Shown here: positions 9,788-19,651 of the stretch, one piece after another
Layout of the letters: each line of letters opens with the position of its first letter
How positions within the stretch are numbered: the first letter of the stretch is position 1
NCBI GenBank assembly: GCA_027073495.1
Contig: JALSVQ010000089.1
Span: 1,346-65,345, forward strand
From: Flavobacteriaceae bacterium
GTDB taxonomy: Bacteria; Bacteroidota; Bacteroidia; Flavobacteriales; Flavobacteriaceae
Direction of reading: 5' to 3'
DNA: 64,000 nt
Position numbers and translations under genes: made by a program
Notes under the pieces: model-generated
What the model was told of the DNA's origin: nothing
The model's input: the letters and a program-made list of their open reading frames with translations, nothing else
Databases searched by the model: none

Positions 9788-12700
9788 CTACGATTTAATC
9801 ATCTTTTTACTGACTTGTGTGCCATCTGCTAATACTGCTTTAATAATAAACACTTGCCCTTTACTTCTATACAATGTAAATGTGTTTGTAGCTACTGATA
9901 ACAACTCTCTCCCCAATACATCATAAACCGTTATTGCTTCAATAGCTTGACCTGACAATGTACTTAAGGTATAAGTATCTTGGTTTTGTGCTATAAGCAA
10001 ACCATCTGCTGTAGCTTGATTTATTGTTTCAACTCCTAAAGCTGTTTGCGTAGCAAACAACTCAAAACGGTTATTGTTTTCGCCTTGTAGCGTTGTAAAT
10101 GTGTAATCACTTGCCGTCAAATCATGTGTGATATTCAATTCATTATCTTTAAGATAAATATAGTTGCCCGCATTGGTTATTGTGCCCGTTGTATGATCTA
10201 TACTTATAGTATACGTTCCAGCTACTGCGGCTTGATAGCCTAAAGGTATCATTTCATTATCATAATCTGAATCATTGGTGCGTATGCTGTATTTCTCATT
10301 GTTTAATAACGAATAAAACAACAATCCGCTTCCTAATACGTGAGCATCATATTTATCATCTCTAGCATCGGTGGCTTCACTGTAAAATGCTAGTAATTGT
10401 TGTGATGTTGCTGTATTATCAGCTTTGCTAAGATTCAACCAAACACGGTTCGTGTTGGATGCTGCACGGTAAAACGTGGTGTTATTTCCTGTGTCTCTAT
10501 CGGAATTACTAAATACTACATTACCATTGGCTTTGGCTTCTACAAAGAAACTTTGTCCTGATGGTATAAATTGGGAACCATCATCTTGTCCTACTGTTCC
10601 GCCTGTTCCGCCTACTGCCCCTGCTGCATTGTAAACCGTATAACCACCATTGACATAATCATTATGTGCTGCATTCAATACCGTTGCATGCTTCCAATAA
10701 TATACGGCACCTACTATAGTTGCACTATTGGTAGCAAAAAACTTGTCGGCATCTATTGCTGATGGATAAGGGTTTCCTAGTAAGTTCCAATCATCATCGC
10801 CTGCGGCACCTGCGCCATTAACCAGCACGGGGTAGTTTATCAAGCCATTGTATATCTCTCCTGTAAATGTAACTGTATAGTTACCTAGTGTTGGATTCCG
10901 CAATATATAACCACGCCCAGCTTCCATTACTGTAGTACCTGGGATGCCATAATTCCAGTTTTGTGCACTTGGGCTAAAACTATAATGATATGTTGTAGCG
11001 GGAACCATATCATCTATCGTAGTTCCTACTGTTGGCGTTGAAAAATAAGTAACGTCTGAAAATATAGCTTGATCGGTATTTTTCTTTATAGTATAGTTTG
11101 TTCCTGTATTATTGTTTGTATTATCTACTTGTACAATAGAACCACCGTGGTCAACGGTTATTATACCATCATTATCAATTTGATAATATGCTTTCAGAAA
11201 TTTGCCTGTTGGAATAGTGATGGTGTTTCCTGCTGTGAGTTTACAAGAACACGTTGTGATACTTGGGTTCGAGTTCATATCATAGCTTGAATTGATAACA
11301 CTATATGATGTGATATCTGGAGTACCATTATCCCAAGAACCATTCCATGTGGTACTGTTTTTTATGTACTCGATAGTAAAATAATCGCCATCGGTAAAAT
11401 TAACTCCTGTTGCGGTATATATACCAACACTTAAGGTTAAATCATAGACTGTTTTGGTAGCAAAGTTTGATGCTGAACTTAGTACTAATTTTAAACTACC
11501 ACAGGTTAAGCCTGTTTGGTCAATGGGTGTGTCAAATGATACTGTAACTGTTCCTAAATCATTAGTTTTACTCACGCGCCATTTACTATTAAGTCGGGAT
11601 ACGGTTGCACTAATTGTACTAAAATTATAAGTGGCATTTTTGGTCTCTTCTCCCCAAAACAAATAATCACCATTAGATAAAGCCGAAGGTGTATTTATCC
11701 TTACAACTCCTGTTCCTTGGGAATCGGTATGGTTAGAACCATCTGTAGCTTGTCCAATACCTGCTACATTGTAATCAAAATTACCATTAGCGGTATCATC
11801 TTGTTTATAAAAATCATTAGCAGCTAACAACGTTCCGTATTTTGCGGAAAGGTAATTAGAAACAATAATATGTTTCGCTTTATTTAAAGCGTAGTTATAG
11901 AAAATAATTTCAGAAAAATCACCATTATGTGTTTGACCAGAATCATACGAACCATTTACTGCATCTTGTTCTCCTGCAATAGCTAAACAACCATTTTTGG
12001 TAATATTAGTGTTTGATTGAAAATTAGACAATGTATAATCTAAACTCCCATCTTTCCAAAGAGACACATCTCCTCCTGTACTTTTCCAATCGGTACTAAT
12101 AACATGCCATTGATTATCATTTGCAGCAACTCCTGTACTTGGTGTTGATAAACGCCTATGTGGTCTAATATTATTACTCCCATAAAGTAAGTAATCATTA
12201 TTATGTGCATTACTTGCATACGAAAGAATACCATCACTACTTTCTCCATTATTTTTATTAACATAAATTGCGGTAATTTCTCCAGAAGGAAAATCATTAA
12301 AATTTAATTTAATAAGTCTATTATTTGATTTATTAAATCTAACAACAGGATAACTATTTGCAATATTGGTTTTAAATATTGGTTTAAGGGAATTGTTTGA
12401 TTGTGATACATCATTCGAATTTCCAGAAAAATCTGACCAAGTAGAAATATCAGTATTATCAGCAACAGAAATATCTTCAGCTCTTAACCAAAGTGGTATG
12501 TTTTTACAATTACCAACTCCTCCAGGTCCTTTATAGCCTTCTATAGGAAATTCTAACGTAAAATAATCTCCATCAGTAAAATTAACATTTGTAGCAGTGT
12601 ATTGACCTGCAGAAAGATTTAAATCATAAGTTGTTTTAGCTGAAAAATTAGAGGTATTACTTACTATTAATCTAATGGCATTACACGCTGTCATACCAGA

Positions 12701-13761
12701 TAAATCAGCTTCGGATATAGCAACAGAAACAGTTCCTAAATTATTTTTTTTACTAACACGCCATGTAGCATTTAGCTGCATAGTATTATTAGCAGTTGCA
12801 TTAAAAAAGTAACTAGCATGTTTAGCGTTTTCTCCCCAAAACAAATAATCTCCATTTGATAAAGCCGAAGGTGTATTTATCATTACAACTCCTGTTCCTT
12901 GTGAATCGGTATGATTAGAACCATCTGCTGCCTGGCCAATACCTGCTACGTTATGATCAAAGTCTCCATTAGCAGTATCGTCTTGCTTATAAAAATCATT
13001 AGCAGCTAATGTAGTATTATATTTTGCAGAAAGGTAATTACTAACAATAATATGCTGTGCATCATTTAGAAAAGTATTAAAAACCATTATTTCTGTGAAA
13101 TCTCCAAAATGAGCTTGTCCTGCATCATAAGTACCATCAATAGCATCTTGTTCTCCAGCAATGGCTAAACAGCCGCCAGCAGTTATACTTGACCCTGCGT
13201 TTAATGTGCCTGTAAAATTTTGTTGACCATCTTTCCAAACCTCAGCATTTCCACCAGTACTTTGCCAACTTGTATTGGCTATATGCCAATTATTATCATT
13301 AAAAGACACTCCTGAGTTAACACCTCCTGATCTATAAACTTCTAAATTATTACTTCCAAATAGCAAAAAATCATTTTGAGATGCACTACTAGCATAAGAT
13401 AATATTCCATCAGAACTTTCTCCATTATTTTTATTTACATAAATAGCCGTAATTGCTGTTGTTGGAAAATCAGTAAAGTTAGTTTTTCTAATTCTACCAT
13501 TAGTTTTATTAAATCTAACACAGGTTCTCCATTTACAATATTTGTTTTAAAAACAGGTTTAAAATTGGCATCTGATTGACTTACCGCATTAGAATTTCCT
13601 GAAAAATCTCCCCAAGTAGTTATATCATCTCCATCAGCTAAGTTGATATCTCCAGATCTAAGCCAAAGTACATTATTATTACTATCTCCAACTCCTCCAG
13701 GACCTGTTTGAGAAAACAGACTTTGACTTAATATTAAAAATAATAAAAATAGGTTTTTCAT
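9788..13761 (-). pseudogene. Giant secreted LamG/concanavalin-like repeat protein with a T9SS C-terminal sorting domain, interrupted by a 1-nt frameshift near 13520
   Basis: ORF 13435..13812 carries signal peptide MKNLFLLFLILSQSLFSQ and GPGGVG...WGDFSGNSN...KPVFKTNIVNGEPV. It is homologous to the internal module of ORF 9788..13366 (GPGGVG...WSDFSGNSN...KPIFKTNIANSYPVVRFNK). The frame of the 1192-aa ORF stays open upstream to ~13520 and there encodes VRFNKTNGRIRKTNFTDFPTTAITAIYVNKNNGESSDGILSYAS. The C-terminus ...ITVYDVLGRELLSV...FIIKAVLADGTQVSKKMIKS looks like a type A Por secretion tail. Confidence 0.65.
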
Positions 13762-13859
13762 AAAATGGTATTTTTTACAAAAGTAAACATTTTTTTGGAA
13801 AAATAACCACAAAAAAACAATTAATCTATTCGTTTTTAGTCAATTAGTTAATTTACAAG

Positions 13860-14423
13860 TTATTTCTTCCACTTTACCGTTTCCATCAGCACTTTTATAT
13901 CTTGGTTGAGATAGTTGAGCGCTGGAAGTAGTGAATCAATATTTGGGCGTGATTTAAAGAATAAATTACCACTCAAAAAATGCTTTTTTCTGTCTGAAAC
14001 ATAAAACTGCGCATTAGAAGCCACATTACCTTTCACCTCAGTGACCATACCAATATTTGTTTCGTTTTCAAAAGGATGTTGGAGGTATCCATCGCCATGT
14101 TTTATATGCTCCGTTGTTATTTTGTTCATATCGCGTATGGCACGTTTCAAATCATTTTGTAACGGAATATAAGTAATATCTATAGCCAAATCAATATTGG
14201 GATATTCTAAGGTAATATTGCAGTCTTTTTGCCGACGAATTTCTGCTAAAGTATTGATTTGAAATGTATAAGGACAATTTGCTAATTGTATGGTTTTATA
14301 CTTCGCCCTTGGGTAAGCAAGCCGTAGCTTTGCCTTTGGTTTTGGATAATTAACTTTCTCTTGGCAAGCCATAAAAGAAAGTAATATCGTCAGTATTAAT
14401 ATAAATTTAGCTACGTATTTCAT
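13860..14423 (-). CDS. gldD: Gliding motility lipoprotein GldD
   Basis: 187 aa with lipobox LLSFMAC. It lies immediately downstream of the gldE-like gene, the known Flavobacterium arrangement. Confidence 0.7.
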   Translation of the reverse strand: MKYVAKFILILTILLSFMACQEKVNYPKPKAKLRLAYPRAKYKTIQLANCPYTFQINTLAEIRRQKDCNITLEYPNIDLAIDITYIPLQNDLKRAIRDMNKITTEHIKHGDGYLQHPFENETNIGMVTEVKGNVASNAQFYVSDRKKHFLSGNLFFKSRPNIDSLLPALNYLNQDIKVLMETVKWKK

Positions 14424-14427
14424 CTTG

Positions 14428-15741
14428 TTAATCCAATATAACTTTAAGTTGTTTTATGCGTTTTTTATCCATTACTTCTACTATAAAACTGATATTTTCA
14501 AATTTTATTTTATGTCCTTTTTTTGGAAAGCTACCAGCGAGTTCCAAAACGAGCCCTGCAAGTGATTCTGATTCTCCTTTTGCTTTGTCAAAGCGCATGT
14601 AATCAAGGTCTAACACTTTACAAAAATCTTTTAATGCTGTTTTACCTTCAAAGATATATGTTTTATTATCAATTTTTGAATATGATAAATCATCATTGTC
14701 AAATTCATCAGATAAATCTCCTACTATTTCTTCTATCACATCCTCAAGAGTAACAAGACCAGAAGTACCGCCATATTCATCTACAACAATGGCAAGATGT
14801 ACTTTTTTTTCTTGAAAATCACGCAATAAATCATCGAGTTTTTTGTTTTCTGGAACAAAAAAAGGCGATTTAATTAACGTAAGCCAATCAAAATCTTTTT
14901 TATCAAAATGAGGTAATAAATCTTTAATAAATAAAATACCAACTATAGTATCAAGATTATCTTTGTAAACAGGAATACGTGCATGCCCTTTTTCTACCAC
15001 CTTTTTGATCATTTTTTTGAATGGTGTCTCTTGGTCTAAAGCAAAAACAGTAATGCGTGGTTGCATAATTTCAGTAACAAGTGTGTTACCAAAACTAATA
15101 ATACCTTCTAATATTTTTTGTTCATCTTCGGTGGTTTCACTCTCGTCAGTAAGTTCCAGCGCTTGTGATAATTTATCTACTGTGATATCTGTTTTTTGCG
15201 AACCAATTTTAGATTTAATAAAGTTTGATGAGCTGGTTAATATTTTGGTCAGCGGACTCAATATTTTATTAATAAAAGTTAATGGAACTACCATAAAACT
15301 GGCGAATTTCAATTGATTTCTAGAAGCATAAACTTTGGGTAATATCTCTCCAAACAGCAATATAAGGAACGTTATAATTACCATTTCAAAAACCACTTTA
15401 AAATCTAAAGAATAATCAAAAACACGAATAACGAGTGCTCGTGTACCAAAATAATCTTCAATAAGATAGTGCGAAAGAATAACAATGCCAATATTAATAA
15501 AGTTATTGATAACCAATATACTTGCAAGTAACTTGTCTGGTTTTTCTAGTAATGATATTATCTTTTTTGTTTTATGTGTTTGTTCTTCGTCATTTTCTAA
15601 GGCAATTTTAGATAACGAAAAAAACGCTACTTCTGAACCAGAAATAAGTGCAGAAATAAGCAATAGTACAATAAGCAGGAGTGTACTTGAAAAATAAGCA
15701 ATATTAAAAATAAGAATAAAAAGTGTGGGTTCGGGGTCCAA
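14428..15741 (-). CDS. gldE: Gliding motility-associated protein GldE (CNNM TM domain + CBS pair + CorC/HlyC C-terminal domain)
   Basis: 437 aa with an N-terminal DUF21-like TM region, a CBS pair and a CorC_HlyC tail. The synteny mutY-ssb-gldE-gldD supports the call. Confidence 0.75.
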   Translation of the reverse strand: MDPEPTLFILIFNIAYFSSTLLLIVLLLISALISGSEVAFFSLSKIALENDEEQTHKTKKIISLLEKPDKLLASILVINNFINIGIVILSHYLIEDYFGTRALVIRVFDYSLDFKVVFEMVIITFLILLFGEILPKVYASRNQLKFASFMVVPLTFINKILSPLTKILTSSSNFIKSKIGSQKTDITVDKLSQALELTDESETTEDEQKILEGIISFGNTLVTEIMQPRITVFALDQETPFKKMIKKVVEKGHARIPVYKDNLDTIVGILFIKDLLPHFDKKDFDWLTLIKSPFFVPENKKLDDLLRDFQEKKVHLAIVVDEYGGTSGLVTLEDVIEEIVGDLSDEFDNDDLSYSKIDNKTYIFEGKTALKDFCKVLDLDYMRFDKAKGESESLAGLVLELAGSFPKKGHKIKFENISFIVEVMDKKRIKQLKVILD

Positions 15742-15750
15742 TTGATTTAG

Positions 15751-16128
15751 CTATTTTGAATTGTCAGATTTATTTTCATCAAGAACACTTTTCACATTAT
15801 TGAGAAAAGTAAATTCTAAAACATGTACTTCTGTAGTGTATCTCGTGTTGTTTTCTTGATCTTGCCATTGGCGTGTTCTTAAGCGCCCTTCTAGATATAC
15901 TTTGTCTCCTTTTTTGAGATAACGCTCCATTATTTCTGCAGCTTTATTACGCACTACTATATTATGCCATTCTGTATTGGTTACGCGCTCTCCTGTTTGT
16001 TTGCTTGTATACGTTTCGTTGGTTGCTAGCGGAAATCTACCAATAGCATTTCCTCCTTCAAAATGGTGCATTTTGATATTATCTCCAAGATGTCCTATCA
16101 AGATTACTTTGTTTACTGTTCCTGCCAT
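15751..16128 (-). CDS. ssb: Single-stranded DNA-binding protein (short form)
   Basis: 125 aa OB fold: VNKVILIGHLGDNIKMHHFEGGNAIGRFPLATNETY...TEWHNIVV. Confidence 0.85.
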   Translation of the reverse strand: MAGTVNKVILIGHLGDNIKMHHFEGGNAIGRFPLATNETYTSKQTGERVTNTEWHNIVVRNKAAEIMERYLKKGDKVYLEGRLRTRQWQDQENNTRYTTEVHVLEFTFLNNVKSVLDENKSDNSK

Positions 16129-16157
16129 AATGTTTTTAATTTAAATCAAAAGTACTA

Positions 16158-17189
16158 TTAATTTTTATTTGGATGGAATTTTTTTATAAAATTTCGTATT
16201 AAAACAGGAAAAGGATAGTTTTCTAGTGTATTCCAAGCAATACTTTCTGAAAGATTTGAGACTTCAACAATCCAAAAATGTGTGTACAAATGCTGGTGTG
16301 ATAATTTATGAATAATAGGTTTATCATTATATAATACTACTTTATCTGTTTGATACGCTTTATTTAAATAAGCTGTTATTATCTTAATACTTGATTTTTT
16401 ATCCGTTTCAAACAAAGGAAACTCATACAATCCTTGCCAAATCCCTTTTGCTGTCCGTTGTTCTATACGTGTATTGCCTGCTTGGTCTAGAAAGATAAAA
16501 TAATTAAAAAAACGTTTTCGTACTTTTGTTTTCCCTTTTTTATATGGTAGTGATGCGATGCTTTTTTGAGCCAAAGCGTAGCAAGAATTATTAAAAATAC
16601 AAGTATCACAAAGTGGTTGTTTGGGTTTACATACTCTTGCACCAAACTCCATCACTGCTTGATTATAATTGTCAGGCTGCTTTTTATCTATTAATTCTAG
16701 TGCTAAGGCTTTAAAAACTTTTTTACCTGATCCGGTATCATAAGCGTCTTTGATACCAAAAACACGACTTAACACACGGTACACATTGCCATCTATAGCA
16801 GGTACTACTTCTCGATATGCAATAGAGGCGATAGCCGCTGCAGTATAATCTCCTACTCCTTTGAGTTGAAGCAATTCTGTGTAGTTTTTTGGAAACACAC
16901 CATTTAAGTCATTGACTATATATTGTGCAGCAAAATGTAAATTTCGAGCTCTCGAATAGTAACCAAGACCTTCCCAAAGTTGCAAAACTCTTTGTTCTGG
17001 CGCCTTGGCCAAAGCATAAACCGTAGGAAAATGAGCAACAAATTTGTTGTAATACGGCAAACCTTGGTCAATACGGGTTTGCTGTAAGATAACCTCAGAA
17101 AGCCATATTTTATAAGGGTCTTTGGTTTCTCGCCAAGGGAGTTTCCTGTAATTATCTAAATACCAATTAATTATTTTTATATGAAACAA
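16158..17189 (-). CDS. mutY: A/G-specific adenine DNA glycosylase MutY
   Basis: 343 aa with LPWRETKDPYKIWLSEVILQQTR, an HhH-GPD region, a Cys cluster CKPKQPLCDTCIFNNSC and a NUDIX-like C-terminal domain. Confidence 0.85.
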   Translation of the reverse strand: MFHIKIINWYLDNYRKLPWRETKDPYKIWLSEVILQQTRIDQGLPYYNKFVAHFPTVYALAKAPEQRVLQLWEGLGYYSRARNLHFAAQYIVNDLNGVFPKNYTELLQLKGVGDYTAAAIASIAYREVVPAIDGNVYRVLSRVFGIKDAYDTGSGKKVFKALALELIDKKQPDNYNQAVMEFGARVCKPKQPLCDTCIFNNSCYALAQKSIASLPYKKGKTKVRKRFFNYFIFLDQAGNTRIEQRTAKGIWQGLYEFPLFETDKKSSIKIITAYLNKAYQTDKVVLYNDKPIIHKLSHQHLYTHFWIVEVSNLSESIAWNTLENYPFPVLIRNFIKKFHPNKN

Positions 17190-17266
17190 AAGCGTTTATT
17201 TTTAGTGAATAAATATATTGTCTTAAATTTTAGTCAATTAACTTTTTTGTATTAGGATAATAGTAG

Positions 17267-17274
17267 TATATTTG
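17267..17274 (+). promoter_or_regulatory. Bacteroidota-type -7 promoter box TAtaTTTG upstream of the HU gene
   Basis: Matches consensus TAnnTTTG, about 49 nt upstream of the ATG at 17323. Confidence 0.4.
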
Positions 17275-17322
17275 CAAGCCTAAAAAATAAAGTACAAATT
17301 AAAGAAATAAAATTTAAAAAAA

Positions 17323-17613
17323 ATGACAAAAGCAGATATCGTATCTAAAATTTCAGAAAAAGAAGGAATAGAAAAAGCAGATGTATTAGCAACTATTGAG
17401 GCTTTTATGGCTGAAGTAAAAGCGTCTTTAGAAAAAAATGAAAATGTGTATTTGAGAGGTTTTGGAAGCTTTATAATTAAAAAAAGAGCTGAAAAAACAG
17501 GAAGAAACATTTCTAAAAACACTACAATAAAAATTCCTGCTCACAATATTCCAGCATTCAAACCTTCAAAAGTGTTTGTAGAAGGTGTAAAAACTAAAGT
17601 AAAAATAAAATAA
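17323..17613 (+). CDS. HU-family DNA-binding protein
   Basis: 96 aa: MTKADIVSKISEKEGIEKADVLATIEAFM...VYLRGFGSFIIKKRAEKTGRNISKNTTIKIPAHNIPAFKPSK. Confidence 0.85.
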   Translation: MTKADIVSKISEKEGIEKADVLATIEAFMAEVKASLEKNENVYLRGFGSFIIKKRAEKTGRNISKNTTIKIPAHNIPAFKPSKVFVEGVKTKVKIK

Positions 17614-17634
17614 TAACCCTTTAAATAAATCATT

Positions 17635-17727
17635 ATGCCAAGTGGTAAAAAAAGAAAAAGACGTAAAATAGCAACACACAAGCGTAAAAAAAGAAGTAGA
17701 ATGAATCGTCACAAAAAGAAAAAATAA
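17635..17727 (+). CDS. 30-aa ultra-basic peptide MPSGKKRKRRKIATHKRKKRSRMNRHKKKK (possible bS22/AURKAIP1-type tiny ribosomal protein)
   Basis: Too short for the ORF track. The ATG lies 22 nt after the HU stop. 21 of 30 residues are K/R/H. Composition and size resemble the tiny basic ribosomal proteins described in mycobacteria and Bacteroidota. Confidence 0.5.
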   Translation: MPSGKKRKRRKIATHKRKKRSRMNRHKKKK

Positions 17728-17770
17728 TTTTTCTTTTTAGTTTGATTTACAAACTACAATCTAGTATAAT

Positions 17771-17820
17771 TTATCATTTTTGAAAACAAAGCAAAAACTA
17801 GCTGTTTTCAAGAATGATAA
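17771..17820 (+). promoter_or_regulatory. 18-bp-arm hairpin (one mismatch) between the HU/basic-peptide unit and RNase E/G
   Basis: ttatcatttttgaaaaca ... tgttttcaagaatgataa with a 14-nt loop. It could be a terminator-like element or part of the rne/rng leader. Confidence 0.35.
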
Positions 17821-17994
17821 ATACTTTGATATACTAAAAACAATAGTTCTTTGACATAGGAGTCTTACTAATTAATAATTAGCAAACACTTCGTTAAACA
17901 TATTTATTAATAAATAAATTATAATCAGAGTAATAAGAACCTTAATGGCTCTTAATATTTTTATATAATTTGATTGAAACAAAAATTTAATTAA

Positions 17995-19536
17995 ATGAAA
18001 ACAGAATTAATAGTTAGATCAAAAGACTCTGAAGTTGATTTTGCCTTATTAAAAGACGGTAGACTAACAGAACTGCATAAAGAATCTACAGCAAACAAGT
18101 TCAATGTAGGTGATATATATTACGCCAGTGTCAAAAAGACAGTGCAAGGCTTAAATGCTGCGTTTGTAGGTGTAGGATATGAAAAAGATGCATTTTTGCA
18201 TTATCATGACTTAGGTCCAGATATTAAATCATTTTTGAAATATATCAACCTTGCTAGTACTGGAAACATAAAAGAATACAATTTAAAAAACTTTAAATTT
18301 GAATCGAAAATTGAAAAAAGTGGAAGTATTGACCAAGTACTAAAAACCAATCAAAAAATACTCGTTCAAATAGCTAAAGAACCTATATCAACCAAAGGAC
18401 CACGACTTACATCAGAAATATCGTTGGCAGGAAGATATATGGTTTTAGTTCCTTTTTCAGATAGAATATCAATATCTCAAAAGATAAAAAGCAGAACAGA
18501 AAAAAACAGGCTTAAACGCCTTGCACAAAGCATAAAACCTAAAGGTTTTGGTGTAATACTTCGTACTGTGGCTCAAGATCGCAAAGTAGCAGAACTTGAT
18601 GCAGATATGCAACAACTGCTCGATAAATGGGCTGCAATGCTTAAAAAGCTTAGAAAAGTCACTACACCATCAAAGGTGCTTAGTGAAATGAATAGAGGTT
18701 CTTCTATTCTTAGAGATATTTTTAATGACTCTTTTTCAGCCATTGTAGTTGATGATGAAGCACTCTATTATGAGTTAAAAGACTATGTGATGCAGATTGC
18801 ACCAGAAAAAGAATCTATTGTAAAACTTTACAAAAATAAGATACATCCTATTTTTGAAAAATACGGTATCGAACGCCAAATTAAAACTGCGTTTGGAAAA
18901 ACTGTATCTATGAGTAGAGGAGCTTATCTAGTGATAGAACACACTGAAGCTATGCATGTTATTGATGTCAATAGCGGAAATCGTTCTAACAGGGCAACAA
19001 CTCAGGCTAAAACAGCTATGGAAGTAAATCTTATTTCGGCAACAGAAATTGCACGACAAATGCGTTTGCGCGATATGGGAGGAATTATAGTAGTAGATTT
19101 TATAGACCTTCATAGTGCAGATGACAGAAGAAAACTCTTTGATCATATGCGTGATGAAATGCGTGATGATCGTGCAAAACACAAAATTCTTTCCCCAAGT
19201 AAGTTTGGTTTAATACAGATTACTAGACAGCGTGTACGCCCAGTAATGGATATTAAAACACGTGAAAAAAAACCAGCTTTACTAGAAAATGGAGAAGTAG
19301 AAGCGCCTATATTACTAATAAGTCGTATCGAACTTAAACTAAATAAGTTATTAGCTAAAAACAAAGGTATTGTTCTTCACGTACACCCTTTTGTGGCCGC
19401 TTATTTAACCAAAAGTATTATGTCTATTCAAACCAAATGGTTTATAAACTATAAGAAATGGATAAAAATTATTCCAAGTGATGCGCTTGATTATTTAGAA
19501 TATAAATTTTTAGATAAAGAAGGAAATCAACTTTAA
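17995..19536 (+). CDS. rng: Ribonuclease E/G family protein
   Basis: 513 aa with an N-terminal S1-like domain and the catalytic core motif AMHVIDVNSG. Confidence 0.85.
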   Translation: MKTELIVRSKDSEVDFALLKDGRLTELHKESTANKFNVGDIYYASVKKTVQGLNAAFVGVGYEKDAFLHYHDLGPDIKSFLKYINLASTGNIKEYNLKNFKFESKIEKSGSIDQVLKTNQKILVQIAKEPISTKGPRLTSEISLAGRYMVLVPFSDRISISQKIKSRTEKNRLKRLAQSIKPKGFGVILRTVAQDRKVAELDADMQQLLDKWAAMLKKLRKVTTPSKVLSEMNRGSSILRDIFNDSFSAIVVDDEALYYELKDYVMQIAPEKESIVKLYKNKIHPIFEKYGIERQIKTAFGKTVSMSRGAYLVIEHTEAMHVIDVNSGNRSNRATTQAKTAMEVNLISATEIARQMRLRDMGGIIVVDFIDLHSADDRRKLFDHMRDEMRDDRAKHKILSPSKFGLIQITRQRVRPVMDIKTREKKPALLENGEVEAPILLISRIELKLNKLLAKNKGIVLHVHPFVAAYLTKSIMSIQTKWFINYKKWIKIIPSDALDYLEYKFLDKEGNQL

Positions 19537-19543
19537 GTATAAT

Positions 19544-19584
19544 AAAAAAGGCGTGTATTGCAATTGCAATACACGCCTTTTTTT
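19544..19584. terminator. Bidirectional rho-independent terminator (perfect 30-bp palindrome flanked by A- and T-runs)
   Basis: aaaaaAGGCGTGTATTGCAATTGCAATACACGCCTttttttt lies between convergent rng and mscL. Confidence 0.8.
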
Positions 19585-19637
19585 GTTTGTTGTTTTGTTT
19601 GTTGTTTTGTTTGTTGTTTTGTTTGTTGTTTTGTTTG
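19585..19637. repeat. Tandem 12-mer repeat (GTTTGTTGTTTT) x about 4.4
   Basis: Perfect head-to-tail copies are read directly after the terminator T-run. Confidence 0.85.
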
Positions 19638-19651
19638 AGTAATTAAAGCAA

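Noticed and set aside
13736-13803. An apparent disagreement between my manual base count in two A-runs (near 13736-13741 and 13800-13803) and the supplied translation of ORF 13435..13812. Taken at face value, it would imply two compensating frameshifts in the signal-peptide region.
   Set aside because: The net length is unchanged, and the programmatic ORF track reads through cleanly. This is most likely my own miscount of homopolymer runs, so I do not report it as a feature. It also cautions that my hand-derived coordinates may be off by 1 nt.
19585-19637. The tandem 12-mer array as a possible CRISPR or coding repeat.
   Set aside because: The units are contiguous with no spacers and are only 12 nt long. 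The array lies in a convergent intergenic spacer, so it is a simple minisatellite.
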